Part shown: positions 27,778 through 37,925 of the stretch, in pieces
How the letters are laid out: each line of letters begins with the position of its first letter
How positions within the stretch are numbered: the first letter of the stretch is position 1
Assembly: GCA_963738405.1 (NCBI GenBank)
Contig: CAVTWJ010000014.1
Span: 160,001-224,000 of the forward strand
Reading direction: 5' to 3'
Source of the DNA: a candidate division FCPU426 bacterium
Lineage (GTDB): Bacteria > Oederibacteriota > Muellerivitia > Muellerivitales > Muellerivitaceae
Length of the DNA: 64,000 nucleotides
Notes under the pieces: generated by a model
The model's input: the letters and a program-made list of their open reading frames with translations, nothing else
Told to the model about the DNA's origin: nothing
The model's database searches: none
Program-made: the position numbers and the translations under genes

Positions 27778-30700
27778 TTACCTTAGGACCAGCAATTTCC
27801 CTATCGTTTTTCCGCCGTTCGTCGTCACCACCACATAGTAAAGCCCGTTGGCCATCGGCCCTCCCCAACGGCTCACCAACGGGAGATGAAGGGCCGTTCC
27901 TGAAGGCACCGAATCCTCTGTCCAATCGACAACCTTGCGGAAATTGACCGTGAAAACCTCAATTCGAACCTTTGACAGGCCCGGATAGCTCGGCGGGAGG
28001 ATGTTGACGGTTCCGCCCGGAACGGGGTTGGGATAGAGGCCCACATGACCCGCTAGCGGCGTGGAAACCGGGGTTACCGTCAAGGCAGGGCTCGGCGTGG
28101 AGGTGGGGGTGGCCGAAGGGCTAGGGGTAGCGGTAAAGACGGGGGTGCTGGTGGCCGAGGGCGAAAAGGTTGGCGTCGAGGTTCGGGTCAAGGTGATGGT
28201 AAAGCTCGCGGTAGCGGAAGGGGTCGGAGTTGAAGTCGAAGCGGCGGTATTGACCGGTGTCAGGGTGGCGGTGGGCGTCACCGTCCAGGTTGGGGTTGGA
28301 GTCGGGGTCCCCGACGCGGTTTGCGTCAAGGTGGAAGTAGATGTCAGCGTATGGGTAGGGCTGAATTGCGCGGTTAAGGTCGGTGTTTCCGTAAGGGTCG
28401 GAGTCGTCGTCATCGTGAAGGTCGATGTCCTAGTGGCGGTATGGGTGGAAGTCGGGGTGGTCGTAACGGTGGAAGTGGAGGTAAGGGTCGCGGTCAAGGT
28501 TTGGGTGGCAGTGAAAGATGAGGAGGATGTGGGTGTAGAAGTGAAAGAATGGGTGGGGGTAGGGGACAGGGTGTTGGTGGGACTGAATTGCGGCGTGAGG
28601 GTTATCGTTCCCGTGGGGGTGGGCGTGCTGGTGGTCGTATTGGTTGCTGTACGGGTGGCAGTCGCCGGGAGCGTGGCGGTTGATGTAAAAGTTCCCGTGG
28701 AGGTCGAGGACGCCGTCGGGGTAAGGGTCTTAGTCGTGGTGGTCGTCGCGGTAGAGGTTTGAGTCAGGGTGGCCGTGGGTGAGGAAGTCGCAGTCACGGT
28801 CCGGGTACTGGTTAAAGTATTGGCGGTGGTGAAGGTGGAGGAGGCCGTGAGGGTTTGGGTTGGGGTAGAGGTAAGGGTGCTTGTCTTTGTCACCGTGGGG
28901 GTAGAGGTTTGAGTCGCCGTCAATGTGCTGGTGGGGGTGTTGGTGCGGGTGACTGTTGATGTGGAAGTCGAGGTACTCGCCGGAGTGGGTGTGGAAGTCG
29001 GGCTCGGCGTCGGGGTGCGGGTGGGAGTACCCGAAGGCGTCGGAGAACTGGTGCCAGTTGAAGTAATGGTATTGCTGGGTGTGGAAGTTTTGGTCAGGGT
29101 GGCTGAGGGGGTAGGGCTGGGTGTGTTCGTGCGGGTCGCGGTGGGCGTGCTGGTCGGGGTGCCCGCCGGGATATCCCCGTAAAGGATTCCCCTGGCCCCG
29201 GGGGCTATATAACAACGGCCATAGATACTTTCATCCCCCTCGATCCAACCTGGGATGAACGGCTTGCTGGCGTTGCTGATCGAGGTCCAGGTTACGCCCG
29301 CGCCGTCGTCGCACCGGAAAATACCTTGGGTTCCATTAACGGTTCCTGACAGGAAGACCGCCGGGTGGGTCTGGCCGGAGGCGGCCTTGCCGAACCCCAC
29401 CGGACCCTTGGGCTCGTACACGTTCGCGAGGGCCGTCACGCTGGAACCCCCGTTGGTGAATCGGAAGAGGGCGTTGTAGGTGGAGACCCAGAATTCCCCG
29501 GGCTCCCCGAAGACGGAACGGGGCATGACCCACTGCCCGTTGCCGTTGGCGTCGCCCCAATTGACCGCGATGGTGTTCACCTGGGTGAAGCTGGCCCCGG
29601 AGTTGGTGCTCTCGTAGATCGTCACCGAATTGCCGTAAACCCATTCGCTGGGATAGGTGGCGTAGAAGGTGGTTGCGTTCGAACGGTCCGAGGCCACCAT
29701 GGCGCCGCTGGGAAGACCCGAGCAGGCCGTCCAACTCCCGCCGAGGGAGGAAGCATAGGCCGGGGAGCCGTAGCCGCTATAGGGAGAAACCACCACCCGG
29801 GACCCGTCGGCGGCCACCGCCACCGATCCCATCTGGCCCGTTGTGGTATAGCCCGGAGGGGCGCTGCCCCAGGGCGTCCAGGTTTGCCCGTTGTTGGTAG
29901 AATAGGCCACGTCGCTGTTCACGGCTGAGGGGTTGGTGCTATTCCCCGCCCGGACCACCGTATTGGGTTTGGATTCGGCGAAGTCCAGCATGTTGGTGTT
30001 CGTGTATTGGGGATTGCAGTACATCCCTAAGGCGGGCGACTGGGTCACGTTCGTGTGGCGCATGCCCCCCACGTCGCCCATGCAGGAAAAGAGGATGCCT
30101 CCCGTCGCCGCGGGAGGCATGTAAATAGGAACCGTCTCCTCCAGGTTGTTGTCGGTGTAGGTCCAGGAAACGGGGCTCGCCTGGATATTGGCGCTGCTCC
30201 AAACCCCGCCCCCTTCCCCGGAGGGATAATAGGCGTTGTTGGAATTGAACGGATCGATGGCCACGAACCCCGCCCAACCCGCCCCGCCCGGGGCACCGCT
30301 GCATCCATTTTGGTAAATGGCGCTGTTGTTGTTGAAGACCGAGGAACCGGAGCCGGCCTCGGCGATAACCGACCAGGAACCCCCGCCGTTGGCGGTCGAA
30401 AGGACCCTATCGGGACCGCCCCACCAATCGATGGTCGAGACCAGGATATGGCTGGCGTTCTCGTGATCCACGCAGATACCGGCGTAACCGCCGGCGCCGC
30501 TCCCGGGGCCAATGGAAGGGGTTTCGTTGGTCCAGCCCAGGGTTCCGGTATTGAGCTTCCAGACCTGGCCCGTCGAGACGCTGTTGGGGCCGTAGCCGCC
30601 GCTGTCGTAGACGATCCAAAGGTTGCTGTCCGTCCCCAGGCTGGCGTGGGGCGTGACCATGTTGGAAGGCCCGCCGGAAATAAGGGTCCAGCTTCCTCCG

Positions 30701-31410
30701 GAGTTGGTGGAACGGTAGATATTGCTGTTGCCGGAGGACATGGAGAGGACGCCCACATAGATCGTGGCGGAAGCCGAGCCCGAGGTACCGTGGGGGTCGA
30801 AGATCACCCAGGAAAGGCCGTAGCCGGTATCGCCCAGAACCGGGAAGGAACCGACCTGAGTCCAGGAAGCGGCCGAATTGGCGCTCACCCAAAGCCCCTG
30901 CCAACGGGAGGCGAAATAAAGCTTGGAGGTCAGGTTGGGGTCCACCGCCAATCGTTCCCCCGCTTCCCTTCCGTCATTGTTGCCCGCGATGGAGACCGGA
31001 ATGGCATTGGCGGTCCAGGAGTTGCCTTGGTCGGTGGAGCTGAGGATGGTGCCGGCACCCGAGAAGCCCGCGGCGGCGTAGACCACGTTGGCGTTGACGG
31101 GATCGGGCGCGATGCTCTCCCCCCCGAAGTTGTTGCCCCCTCCATACATGTCGGTCAAGGGCACCCATTGGCTTGTGGAATTATTCCAGCGGTAGAAACC
31201 GCCGACATCGGTGCGCGCGTAAAGGAGATTCTGTTGGACAGGGCTGTAGACTAAGCCCGGGACAAAGCCGCCGCCCATAATCGCCACACTCTGCCAGGTA
31301 TAGGCTTGGGCGTAGGACCTTCCAGCACAACCTAAAACAAGACACAGCACCGCCAAAAAGACCGGCCTGCTTAGCACAAATAATTTGATTGGGTTATTCG
31401 AATAGGACAT
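27778..31410 (-). CDS. Secreted GH74 xyloglucanase + Thr/Pro stalk + T9SS-like CTD
   Basis: GGGFVPG, YARTDVGG (catalytic Asp), GERLAVDP, STDQG/STNSG Asp-boxes, LEET, MGDVGG (second Asp); start at 31410 after GGGAG. Confidence 0.9.
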   Translation of the reverse strand: MSYSNNPIKLFVLSRPVFLAVLCLVLGCAGRSYAQAYTWQSVAIMGGGFVPGLVYSPVQQNLLYARTDVGGFYRWNNSTSQWVPLTDMYGGGNNFGGESIAPDPVNANVVYAAAGFSGAGTILSSTDQGNSWTANAIPVSIAGNNDGREAGERLAVDPNLTSKLYFASRWQGLWVSANSAASWTQVGSFPVLGDTGYGLSWVIFDPHGTSGSASATIYVGVLSMSSGNSNIYRSTNSGGSWTLISGGPSNMVTPHASLGTDSNLWIVYDSGGYGPNSVSTGQVWKLNTGTLGWTNETPSIGPGSGAGGYAGICVDHENASHILVSTIDWWGGPDRVLSTANGGGSWSVIAEAGSGSSVFNNNSAIYQNGCSGAPGGAGWAGFVAIDPFNSNNAYYPSGEGGGVWSSANIQASPVSWTYTDNNLEETVPIYMPPAATGGILFSCMGDVGGMRHTNVTQSPALGMYCNPQYTNTNMLDFAESKPNTVVRAGNSTNPSAVNSDVAYSTNNGQTWTPWGSAPPGYTTTGQMGSVAVAADGSRVVVSPYSGYGSPAYASSLGGSWTACSGLPSGAMVASDRSNATTFYATYPSEWVYGNSVTIYESTNSGASFTQVNTIAVNWGDANGNGQWVMPRSVFGEPGEFWVSTYNALFRFTNGGSSVTALANVYEPKGPVGFGKAASGQTHPAVFLSGTVNGTQGIFRCDDGAGVTWTSISNASKPFIPGWIEGDESIYGRCYIAPGARGILYGDIPAGTPTSTPTATRTNTPSPTPSATLTKTSTPSNTITSTGTSSPTPSGTPTRTPTPSPTSTPTPASTSTSTSTVTRTNTPTSTLTATQTSTPTVTKTSTLTSTPTQTLTASSTFTTANTLTSTRTVTATSSPTATLTQTSTATTTTTKTLTPTASSTSTGTFTSTATLPATATRTATNTTTSTPTPTGTITLTPQFSPTNTLSPTPTHSFTSTPTSSSSFTATQTLTATLTSTSTVTTTPTSTHTATRTSTFTMTTTPTLTETPTLTAQFSPTHTLTSTSTLTQTASGTPTPTPTWTVTPTATLTPVNTAASTSTPTPSATASFTITLTRTSTPTFSPSATSTPVFTATPSPSATPTSTPSPALTVTPVSTPLAGHVGLYPNPVPGGTVNILPPSYPGLSKVRIEVFTVNFRKVVDWTEDSVPSGTALHLPLVSRWGGPMANGLYYVVVTTNGGKTIGKLLVLR

Positions 31411-31636
31411 GGTTACTGAAGCTCCCGTTCCATTGTACCTCGATCGCCGCTGGGAGCTATTTGACTTTACCGCCAAACTGACCGTAAAAATATCAGACCA
31501 AAAAAAATAAGCTCGAAAACTTTAAACTTAGAGTGTTAGAAGAAAAAAACCACGCCCTCAACCCAAGATCCACGGAGGGAAGGGGAAGGAAGCCCATTCA
31601 TTCCCCTGCCCGTCCGCAGTTGCCTTGGTACGGCTT

Positions 31637-34600
31637 CTATTTCAAGATCAGCAGTTTACAAGTTGTCGTGGTGGTCTGGCCCTGCGATTTCACCGTGCAG
31701 GTCACGATATATAACCCGTTTGCCAGGTAATTCCCCACGTAGTTTTTCTCGTTCCAATAGACCGAATGGTTGCCGGTGGACCCGATGGAGGCTCCTGAAA
31801 CCATGGTCGACCAGATCAACCGGCCATCGATGGTATAGGCCTTGAGGGTGATCTCGGCGTTCGGGTCGATTCCCTCATCTCCCGAGGAACCCACCGTCTT
31901 GGCGCTGGCATTGGAGCTTCCCGAGCCGGTACCGGATAGATTCACCGCCAGGTTCACCCCGTTCCCTGTGGAGGGGTTCGGGTAGGCGATCACGCTCGCC
32001 GCCTTCAAGGCCGCTGAGGAGCCGGAAGGTTCTTGGCCCCAAACCAGAGACCCGCCCTCATAAGCCGTGATATGGGTCCAAGGCGTGTAGCTGGTGTAGG
32101 CCGCGTAGCTCCAGTCGTTGTCCTGGAGCATGTTGCTCCAGTCGCTCTTGTTGAACCGGCTTTGGATCTGGATAGCCTGCCCAGGCTGGAGAACCAGATT
32201 CCCCGTGAACTTGTAGCTGATGTAGTCGGTCTGGCCGCCCTGGCTGGTGGCAACAGTCGTGTGCAACACATCACTCGTCACTGAAGTCCCGGCAGGCATC
32301 AACCCCGCCCAATCCACCCAGCTTTGGACGCTCTGGTTGGTGCAATCGCAGTTGAACCAGTAGCGCACTTCAACGTTATTCAGGTTCAAGGACCCGGACC
32401 CTGTGTTGACCACCTCAATGAAGGGATGGGGGCTGTTGGTGGAATCGGTCGTGACCGACGACAACAGTTCCACGGTCAAGGCCGCAGCTCCGGAAGGCGT
32501 GGGTGTGAAGGTAGCGGTTGGGGGCACCGGCGTGTTGGTAAAGGTGAATGTCGCTGTGGGCGGCACCGGCGTGTTGGTGTGGGTAAAGGTCGCCGTTGGC
32601 GGAACCGCCGTGCTAGTACTGGTAACGGTCGGAGGCGCTGGGGTATTCGTGACCGTCGGTGGTACCGGCGTATTCGTCACCGTGGGCGGCACCGGACTAT
32701 TGGTAGCCGTTGCCGTAGGCGGAACAGGCGTGCTGGTACTGGTAGATGTCGGAGGAGCCGCCGTATTCGTGGCTGTTGGAGGCGCCGGAGTGTTGGTAAC
32801 CGTCGGCGGAGCAGGCGTATTGGTCACGGTCGGCGGTACCGGGCTGTTGGTAACCGTCGCTGTGGCAGGCACCGAGGTGAAGGTCGAAGTCGGCGGGATT
32901 GCCGTATTCGTCGACGTTGGCGGCACGGCTGTGGCCGTTCTTGTGGCCGTCGACGTAAAGGTAGCGGTTGCGGTCGGCGTCCCCGTGGCTGTCGAAGTCC
33001 TCGTGGGGGTATTTGTAAAGGTTGGCGTAGCCGGTTGCGGAATGACCTGGATGGCTTCCACCATGGCGCTGGTATCGGTGCTGGTGGTTCCCGTAAAGGT
33101 GATGGTAATCACGCCGCCGGTGGGCGACACGTTGTTGATCACCTTGTCGTCCTGGGTGTTGGCGCCCACTTGGGCGTAAACGTCCAGGTTCGAAAGCGCC
33201 GTGCTTCCGTTGACGGCCACGTTGAAAACCCTGTCCCCTGTGGCGAAATCGCCCGAATAGGTCTCGGCGAATTTCAGGGTGACCTGGTAGCTCCCGGCTG
33301 GCACGTTGAAGGAATAGCTGAAGCTGTTCCCGTAGCGCTGGGTGTCGTAAAGGGTGGAATCGGAGGTGCCGGTCACGGCCGCTCCCTCAGCCACGGTGGT
33401 TCCGCCGCTGTAGTTCTCGTCCGCGGCCCAAACGTTGCTCGTGGTGTCCGTGTAAGCCGGACCGCCGGCGTTCACCCGCCAGCTGGAGGACACAATCGGA
33501 GTCGGTGTGGAGGTGACGGTGGGGGTGTGGGTAAAGGTGGCCGTGGGCGGGACGGGGGTGTTGGTGGCCGTGGGGGCCGACGGAGTGTTTGTCTTGGTCG
33601 GCGTAAAGGTAAAGGTCGCCGTCGGGTTGGTTACCCCCGAGACAACTCCCACGAAACTCGTGACGCTAGAGCCGGTCAAGGAATAGGTGAAACTGTTACC
33701 CGAGACTGCTACGGGGGATTTCGCAACAAGGTTATTGCTGCCGTCCGTCACCCAGGGGGTCACCGAAGTCACGTTGACGCCGTTAATGCTGAAAGTCTGG
33801 CTGGTGGTTGAACTGTTGTTGTTGATGGCGACGAAGACGATGGTCTGGGGTGAAGAGGTATTGGTATTTTTGAATGCGCTCACATTAACACCTGATGTCG
33901 GGCTCGCGGTTGCGCCCATGCGGTAATAACCAGGCCGGATGAACTTGCTGTAATTGCCCAGGACATAGGCCTTGATGGTGAAGGCGTTATTGCTGATCAG
34001 GTCGGTGAGCCACCAATAGTGAAAAGCGTTCATATTGGAATTAACCAGGCAGTTTTGTATCCATCCCGCTTCCGTCAATGCGCCCGGAATATCGGTGCTA
34101 TTCCCAGACATCTCAGTTTCCCACCATTCCTGATTCGTCACATGGGTGAAACCAAAGGAAGAAAGGGGCCCCGGATTGGGGGAACCATAAAGATGGGTCC
34201 CGATGATGCCGATCATGGGGGCCACGGTCGTGTCGTCCATGGCGGTCGAGGCCAGGTTCATCCCTCCGGTGTTGTCCGGCTCGGGGAGCATGATCTTGGT
34301 CGAAAGACCCGCGCTTTGGAGGGCGCTATGGAAAGCATTCGCGTAAACATCAAACTGGCCCGCCGTCCAAAGGCAGGCTTCGTAGGTGGGGTTGAAATTG
34401 GGTTCGTTCTGGATGGAAAGGGCGTAAAGGGGGGCGCCATGGCTTTGGGCATATTGGATGAAAGAGACTTGGTAAGAAGCTAATCCTGTGTCGGCGCTGT
34501 TGGGGGAGCCGGAGCCGGCGCCCAAAAAGGTATCGTTGCTGGCGCCGCCATTGACGTTATTGTTCGCCTTGTATTGGGCCGGGGGTGACCATTCGGTAGC

Positions 34601-34903
34601 CCATAAAAGGACATTGGGATTGACCGAATGGGCTGTCGCGAGGGTACTCACTTCCGGCGAGAAGTTGTTGTTGGGGTCGATGCGTGCCCGGAGGGAGCTG
34701 ATCCCGATGTGGCCGTTCACGTTGTCCTCGGCGAACAGGGCCTGGCCTAGGCTTCCGATACCGCTCCAGGCGCTGGAGGCCCCGATGCAATGGATGTACT
34801 GGTTGGTCTGGGTGGCGTCAACGGTACAGGTGCCGGCCAGTGCGGCAGAAGCAGCCGTGAAAATCACCGAGATGAAAAGACCCAGGAAATATTTTTTACC
34901 CAT
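31637..34903 (-). CDS. Secreted GH30 + malectin + Pro/Thr stalk + CBM3 + T9SS-like CTD
   Basis: WSPPA, QNEPN, WETEMS, FHYWW, GNYSKFIRPGYYR; tail near-identical to the 23971-27624 gene. Confidence 0.88.
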   Translation of the reverse strand: MGKKYFLGLFISVIFTAASAALAGTCTVDATQTNQYIHCIGASSAWSGIGSLGQALFAEDNVNGHIGISSLRARIDPNNNFSPEVSTLATAHSVNPNVLLWATEWSPPAQYKANNNVNGGASNDTFLGAGSGSPNSADTGLASYQVSFIQYAQSHGAPLYALSIQNEPNFNPTYEACLWTAGQFDVYANAFHSALQSAGLSTKIMLPEPDNTGGMNLASTAMDDTTVAPMIGIIGTHLYGSPNPGPLSSFGFTHVTNQEWWETEMSGNSTDIPGALTEAGWIQNCLVNSNMNAFHYWWLTDLISNNAFTIKAYVLGNYSKFIRPGYYRMGATASPTSGVNVSAFKNTNTSSPQTIVFVAINNNSSTTSQTFSINGVNVTSVTPWVTDGSNNLVAKSPVAVSGNSFTYSLTGSSVTSFVGVVSGVTNPTATFTFTPTKTNTPSAPTATNTPVPPTATFTHTPTVTSTPTPIVSSSWRVNAGGPAYTDTTSNVWAADENYSGGTTVAEGAAVTGTSDSTLYDTQRYGNSFSYSFNVPAGSYQVTLKFAETYSGDFATGDRVFNVAVNGSTALSNLDVYAQVGANTQDDKVINNVSPTGGVITITFTGTTSTDTSAMVEAIQVIPQPATPTFTNTPTRTSTATGTPTATATFTSTATRTATAVPPTSTNTAIPPTSTFTSVPATATVTNSPVPPTVTNTPAPPTVTNTPAPPTATNTAAPPTSTSTSTPVPPTATATNSPVPPTVTNTPVPPTVTNTPAPPTVTSTSTAVPPTATFTHTNTPVPPTATFTFTNTPVPPTATFTPTPSGAAALTVELLSSVTTDSTNSPHPFIEVVNTGSGSLNLNNVEVRYWFNCDCTNQSVQSWVDWAGLMPAGTSVTSDVLHTTVATSQGGQTDYISYKFTGNLVLQPGQAIQIQSRFNKSDWSNMLQDNDWSYAAYTSYTPWTHITAYEGGSLVWGQEPSGSSAALKAASVIAYPNPSTGNGVNLAVNLSGTGSGSSNASAKTVGSSGDEGIDPNAEITLKAYTIDGRLIWSTMVSGASIGSTGNHSVYWNEKNYVGNYLANGLYIVTCTVKSQGQTTTTTCKLLILK

Positions 34904-34996
34904 CGAAGCACCCCTTTGAATTTTCGCGACTTAAATTTCAATTAAATCGTTGTGAGCCAAGGACAAGGCATGGAAAGGCGTAGGGACCCTGACATC

Positions 34997-35027
34997 GATT
35001 AGTGTTTGGAGAATGCCGGTTTATTCC
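34997..35027 (-). promoter_or_regulatory. Putative ECF promoter upstream of the GH30-malectin-CBM3 gene
   Basis: Minus strand GGAATAAACCggcattctccAAACACtaATC matches the motif upstream of the sigma gene. Confidence 0.75.
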
Positions 35028-35081
35028 CGTCAGGCGACGGTTTTTATCCGGGAAGCGGGGAGGCTTATTTTATTAGGAAAA

Positions 35082-36413
35082 TCAGGGGTTTTGAGGGTGT
35101 TTAAGGTGGTATGTCCCCAACCATTGGCTTAAAGCTTGGTCGCTCGGGTTCAGGCGGAGGGCCTGTTCCAGGCATTGGAGAGCCTGGGCATTCTGGCCCA
35201 ATCGCAGGTAAACAATTCCCAGGTTCCGCCAGGCCCGGCTGTCCTGCGGGTTCGCCTGAACCGCCTGCTCATAGGGCCCTGTCAAACTGGAAGCCTGGTT
35301 CGCCGTGCCCGGGGTTGCCACGGCGGCGGGGAGTTCGAAACGCACTTCAACCTTCGATTTGGCGACTCCTTCCGGGAGGGGAGAGGGCATGGGCGTCGCC
35401 ACTACCGTAACCGGGAGGGCCTGAACCGTCACAGGTTTGGGGGAAACTGGGGTGGGATTGGCAAATTCGTATCCCACGCTAATACGGTGCGAGGTTCCCA
35501 GGTCGCCGTAAGGAACAAAGGCGTAGTCCAATTGAAAAGAACCTAACTTTACACCCGCTCCGGCAGTGAAACCCGTCAACCCGTTGATTTGGTTGTCAGA
35601 GAGCGCCCCTTGGTAACCCACCCGAAGGCTATAGTCCCGTTCAATGGTTCCTTCCAAACCGCATTGGAGGCGGCTCACGCCATTGGGCTCCCAGTCCCCC
35701 ACAAGAAGGGGGCAAAGATCCGCGCCCTTTCCCAAATACAGGATCGTCGAGAGGCCTAGGCGCAGATCCTGGGCCGGAGTTATGCCGGAAAGATCCGTCC
35801 CCAGTCCCGAGTAGGTCAAACCCAATCGAAAGTCAGGTGCCGGGATAAAGAGGGCGCCCACATCGCCGGACATACTCGTATAAAGCGCCTCAACGATCTT
35901 TTGTTGGAATCCGTGCAAGGCGATCCCCAGGGAAAATTCCCGCGCCACCCTAGTTCCCCAACCCAGGCTGAAGGCAGCGTCGCTGTCGGTGAAGGATCCA
36001 AGGTAAACCCCATTGGGATCCCGTTCATCCAAATTTCCCCAGGAAACATATTGAAGGGCCCCGGCGAAACCGCCCAGGGAGCCCGCGGGTAATCCGAAAA
36101 GAAGGGTCTCCTCGAAGGAACCTGCCAGATAGCTGTTATGGTTAATGGAAAGACTGGCGGCGCGCAATTGGGATAGCCCCGCGGCGTTAAAGAACAATGC
36201 CGAAGGATCGTCGGCGAGCCCCGCGAGGGCGTCCCCCAATGCGTCCGCCCGGGCCGAGGCCCCGAGAGCGGTGAGCGGAGTCTCCAGACCCGCGCCTGAA
36301 GAAACCGTCTGGACCGGAAGAGCCGTCTGCGGCAAGAAAAGAAACATGACGACGACCAAAATCGTTTTAGACCATCGTCGCGCCGTTTTGAAAGGGCGGA
36401 AAACCATTATCAT
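35082..36413 (-). CDS. PorV/PorQ-like (UPF0164-type) outer-membrane beta-barrel with C-terminal Pro linker and TPR
   Basis: Signal peptide; GASARADALGDA..LADDPSALFFNAAGL N-terminal signature; amphipathic strands ending LDYAFVPYGDLGTSHRISVGYEF; TPR AWRNLGIVYLRLGQ...ALRLNP. Confidence 0.8.
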   Translation of the reverse strand: MIMVFRPFKTARRWSKTILVVVMFLFLPQTALPVQTVSSGAGLETPLTALGASARADALGDALAGLADDPSALFFNAAGLSQLRAASLSINHNSYLAGSFEETLLFGLPAGSLGGFAGALQYVSWGNLDERDPNGVYLGSFTDSDAAFSLGWGTRVAREFSLGIALHGFQQKIVEALYTSMSGDVGALFIPAPDFRLGLTYSGLGTDLSGITPAQDLRLGLSTILYLGKGADLCPLLVGDWEPNGVSRLQCGLEGTIERDYSLRVGYQGALSDNQINGLTGFTAGAGVKLGSFQLDYAFVPYGDLGTSHRISVGYEFANPTPVSPKPVTVQALPVTVVATPMPSPLPEGVAKSKVEVRFELPAAVATPGTANQASSLTGPYEQAVQANPQDSRAWRNLGIVYLRLGQNAQALQCLEQALRLNPSDQALSQWLGTYHLKHPQNP

Positions 36414-37840
36414 TTTTCGACCGCCAGAACCTGGGTCTTAAAGTTATCGGCCCGGCCCGAGGAGTAATTCAGCTCGACGCGGTAAAAATAATGTCCCGGC
36501 GCGAAGGCGGAAATGTTGAGAGTGCTTGATTGCAATCCAGACCCCTTGGGATCGCTCAGGGTGGCGGCAAGGTTTCCCCAGGCGTTCCAGATCTTGATAT
36601 TGGCGGTACCCGACTCGGCCATGGTGTAAACGAACTGCACGGTGTTCCCGCTGGTGGGGTTGGGAGCCACGTAGGGGTTGCCCCCAACAGGCGCGGGCGG
36701 TGTGGAAACAGGCGTAGGACAGGCGCCCGCCAGATTCATTTGGCCGTAATCGCTCGCGTTCGAATAATCGTCCGATTCGCCATTCCAGATGATTTGACCG
36801 TCCCGGCAATTGCCCCCGTTGTGGTTCACATCGACCCCTACATCAAAACCTAAAACCGTTCCGGGATTGGGACTGCCTATTCCTAATGTGGACCAGGGGA
36901 TCGAGGCCTCAATCACATATCCGGCGGGGATCGTCGTGGTCCGCATGCTGACCCCCGCGGTCCTTCCCTGGGACTCGGTAGCTGTCGTATCGTTCCATCG
37001 GAAAAAATATTCGAAGTCGGCATTCGTAACCGTGACACCTCGTGAATCCGCCGTATCCAGATAAAGTTCCACCGTCGAATTGACCCATACGGAGGCTGAT
37101 CCTGTATTCGTGAGCTGACTGTCAGTGACCGTTACGCCCAGATAAAGATTTGTCGAGTCCCATAGGGTCTTAAATTGGGCCGTGGTGCCATAAACATTGC
37201 CCAGCACAGTTTTGTTGACGGTATTCCAGCCTGTCGGGATTTCCCAGGGCCATTCGTTCAAAACCCCGTCCACGCTGACGCCCGCTTGGCAGGCGGAAGG
37301 TGTTTGGGGCGTGGGGGTGGGGTTGAGCGGGGCCCCCGAGAAGAGGTATTCCCGGGGTATATATTCCTGGGCTTGGGAAGGGCTCTGCCAGGCCAGTTGG
37401 ATGAGGTCCGTAGTTGGGTTGGCGCCGTTGGTGAAATAATCCAACTCGATCGAGACGGGCGTATTGGCGGTGAGCGTAATGACCCCTGCAAAGCCTCGGA
37501 TAGGCGGGGGGAAATCGGTCCATTGGTTGATGAGAACCTGTCCGTTGATGATCAGGCTCACACCCCCATTCACATCTGCGATGAAGGTGTAGGGTTCGCT
37601 ATAGGCGGGTTCCACTTGGCCCGTCCACTTCACCGAAAAGGAGGTGCCCGACATGCCCGGCTGGGGGGGACAGCCAAACCAGCGATAGCTGATCAGAGGA
37701 TCCACCACCGTTACCGCCGGGCTGGTCAAATTGGAGTTAATGTAATAGACGCCCTTGAGGCCGTCGCCGTTGAACTGGGCGAAGGAGGGTTTGGGGAGGC
37801 AAAGCAGAACAGCGCAAAGGGCGAATGGGATCCGTTTCAA
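36410..37840 (-). CDS. Secreted non-catalytic PA14 + CBM9-like protein with a divergent T9SS-like CTD
   Basis: GDGLKGVYY..FSVKWTGQV..LAWQSPS (PA14); VDGVLNEW..LWDSTNLYLGVTVTD..IEASIPW (CBM9-like); VAPNP..IWN..G..PGHYFYRV CTD; stop overlaps the PorV-like start. Confidence 0.8.
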   Translation of the reverse strand: MKRIPFALCAVLLCLPKPSFAQFNGDGLKGVYYINSNLTSPAVTVVDPLISYRWFGCPPQPGMSGTSFSVKWTGQVEPAYSEPYTFIADVNGGVSLIINGQVLINQWTDFPPPIRGFAGVITLTANTPVSIELDYFTNGANPTTDLIQLAWQSPSQAQEYIPREYLFSGAPLNPTPTPQTPSACQAGVSVDGVLNEWPWEIPTGWNTVNKTVLGNVYGTTAQFKTLWDSTNLYLGVTVTDSQLTNTGSASVWVNSTVELYLDTADSRGVTVTNADFEYFFRWNDTTATESQGRTAGVSMRTTTIPAGYVIEASIPWSTLGIGSPNPGTVLGFDVGVDVNHNGGNCRDGQIIWNGESDDYSNASDYGQMNLAGACPTPVSTPPAPVGGNPYVAPNPTSGNTVQFVYTMAESGTANIKIWNAWGNLAATLSDPKGSGLQSSTLNISAFAPGHYFYRVELNYSSGRADNFKTQVLAVEK

Positions 37841-37925
37841 GGCAGCCTCGAGAATGGTTCATTCGGACCGACCAAACCATTATTTACCCGGGGCCTAACA
37901 ACGCACCAGAGAATATTCGTGTTCT

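Larger units (their letters stand above)
23971..33600 (-). repeat. Direct repeat pair: malectin-stalk-CBM3-CTD tail of GH43 (23971-~26220) and GH30 (31637-~33600)
   Basis: Malectin, CBM3 and CTD segments are nearly identical at protein and DNA level. Confidence 0.9.

Noticed and set aside
37851..37865. Half-match to the ECF -35 element (CGAATGAACCATTC) before the PA14 gene
   Set aside because: No AAACAC -10 partner at the conserved spacing, and it is too close to the start codon.
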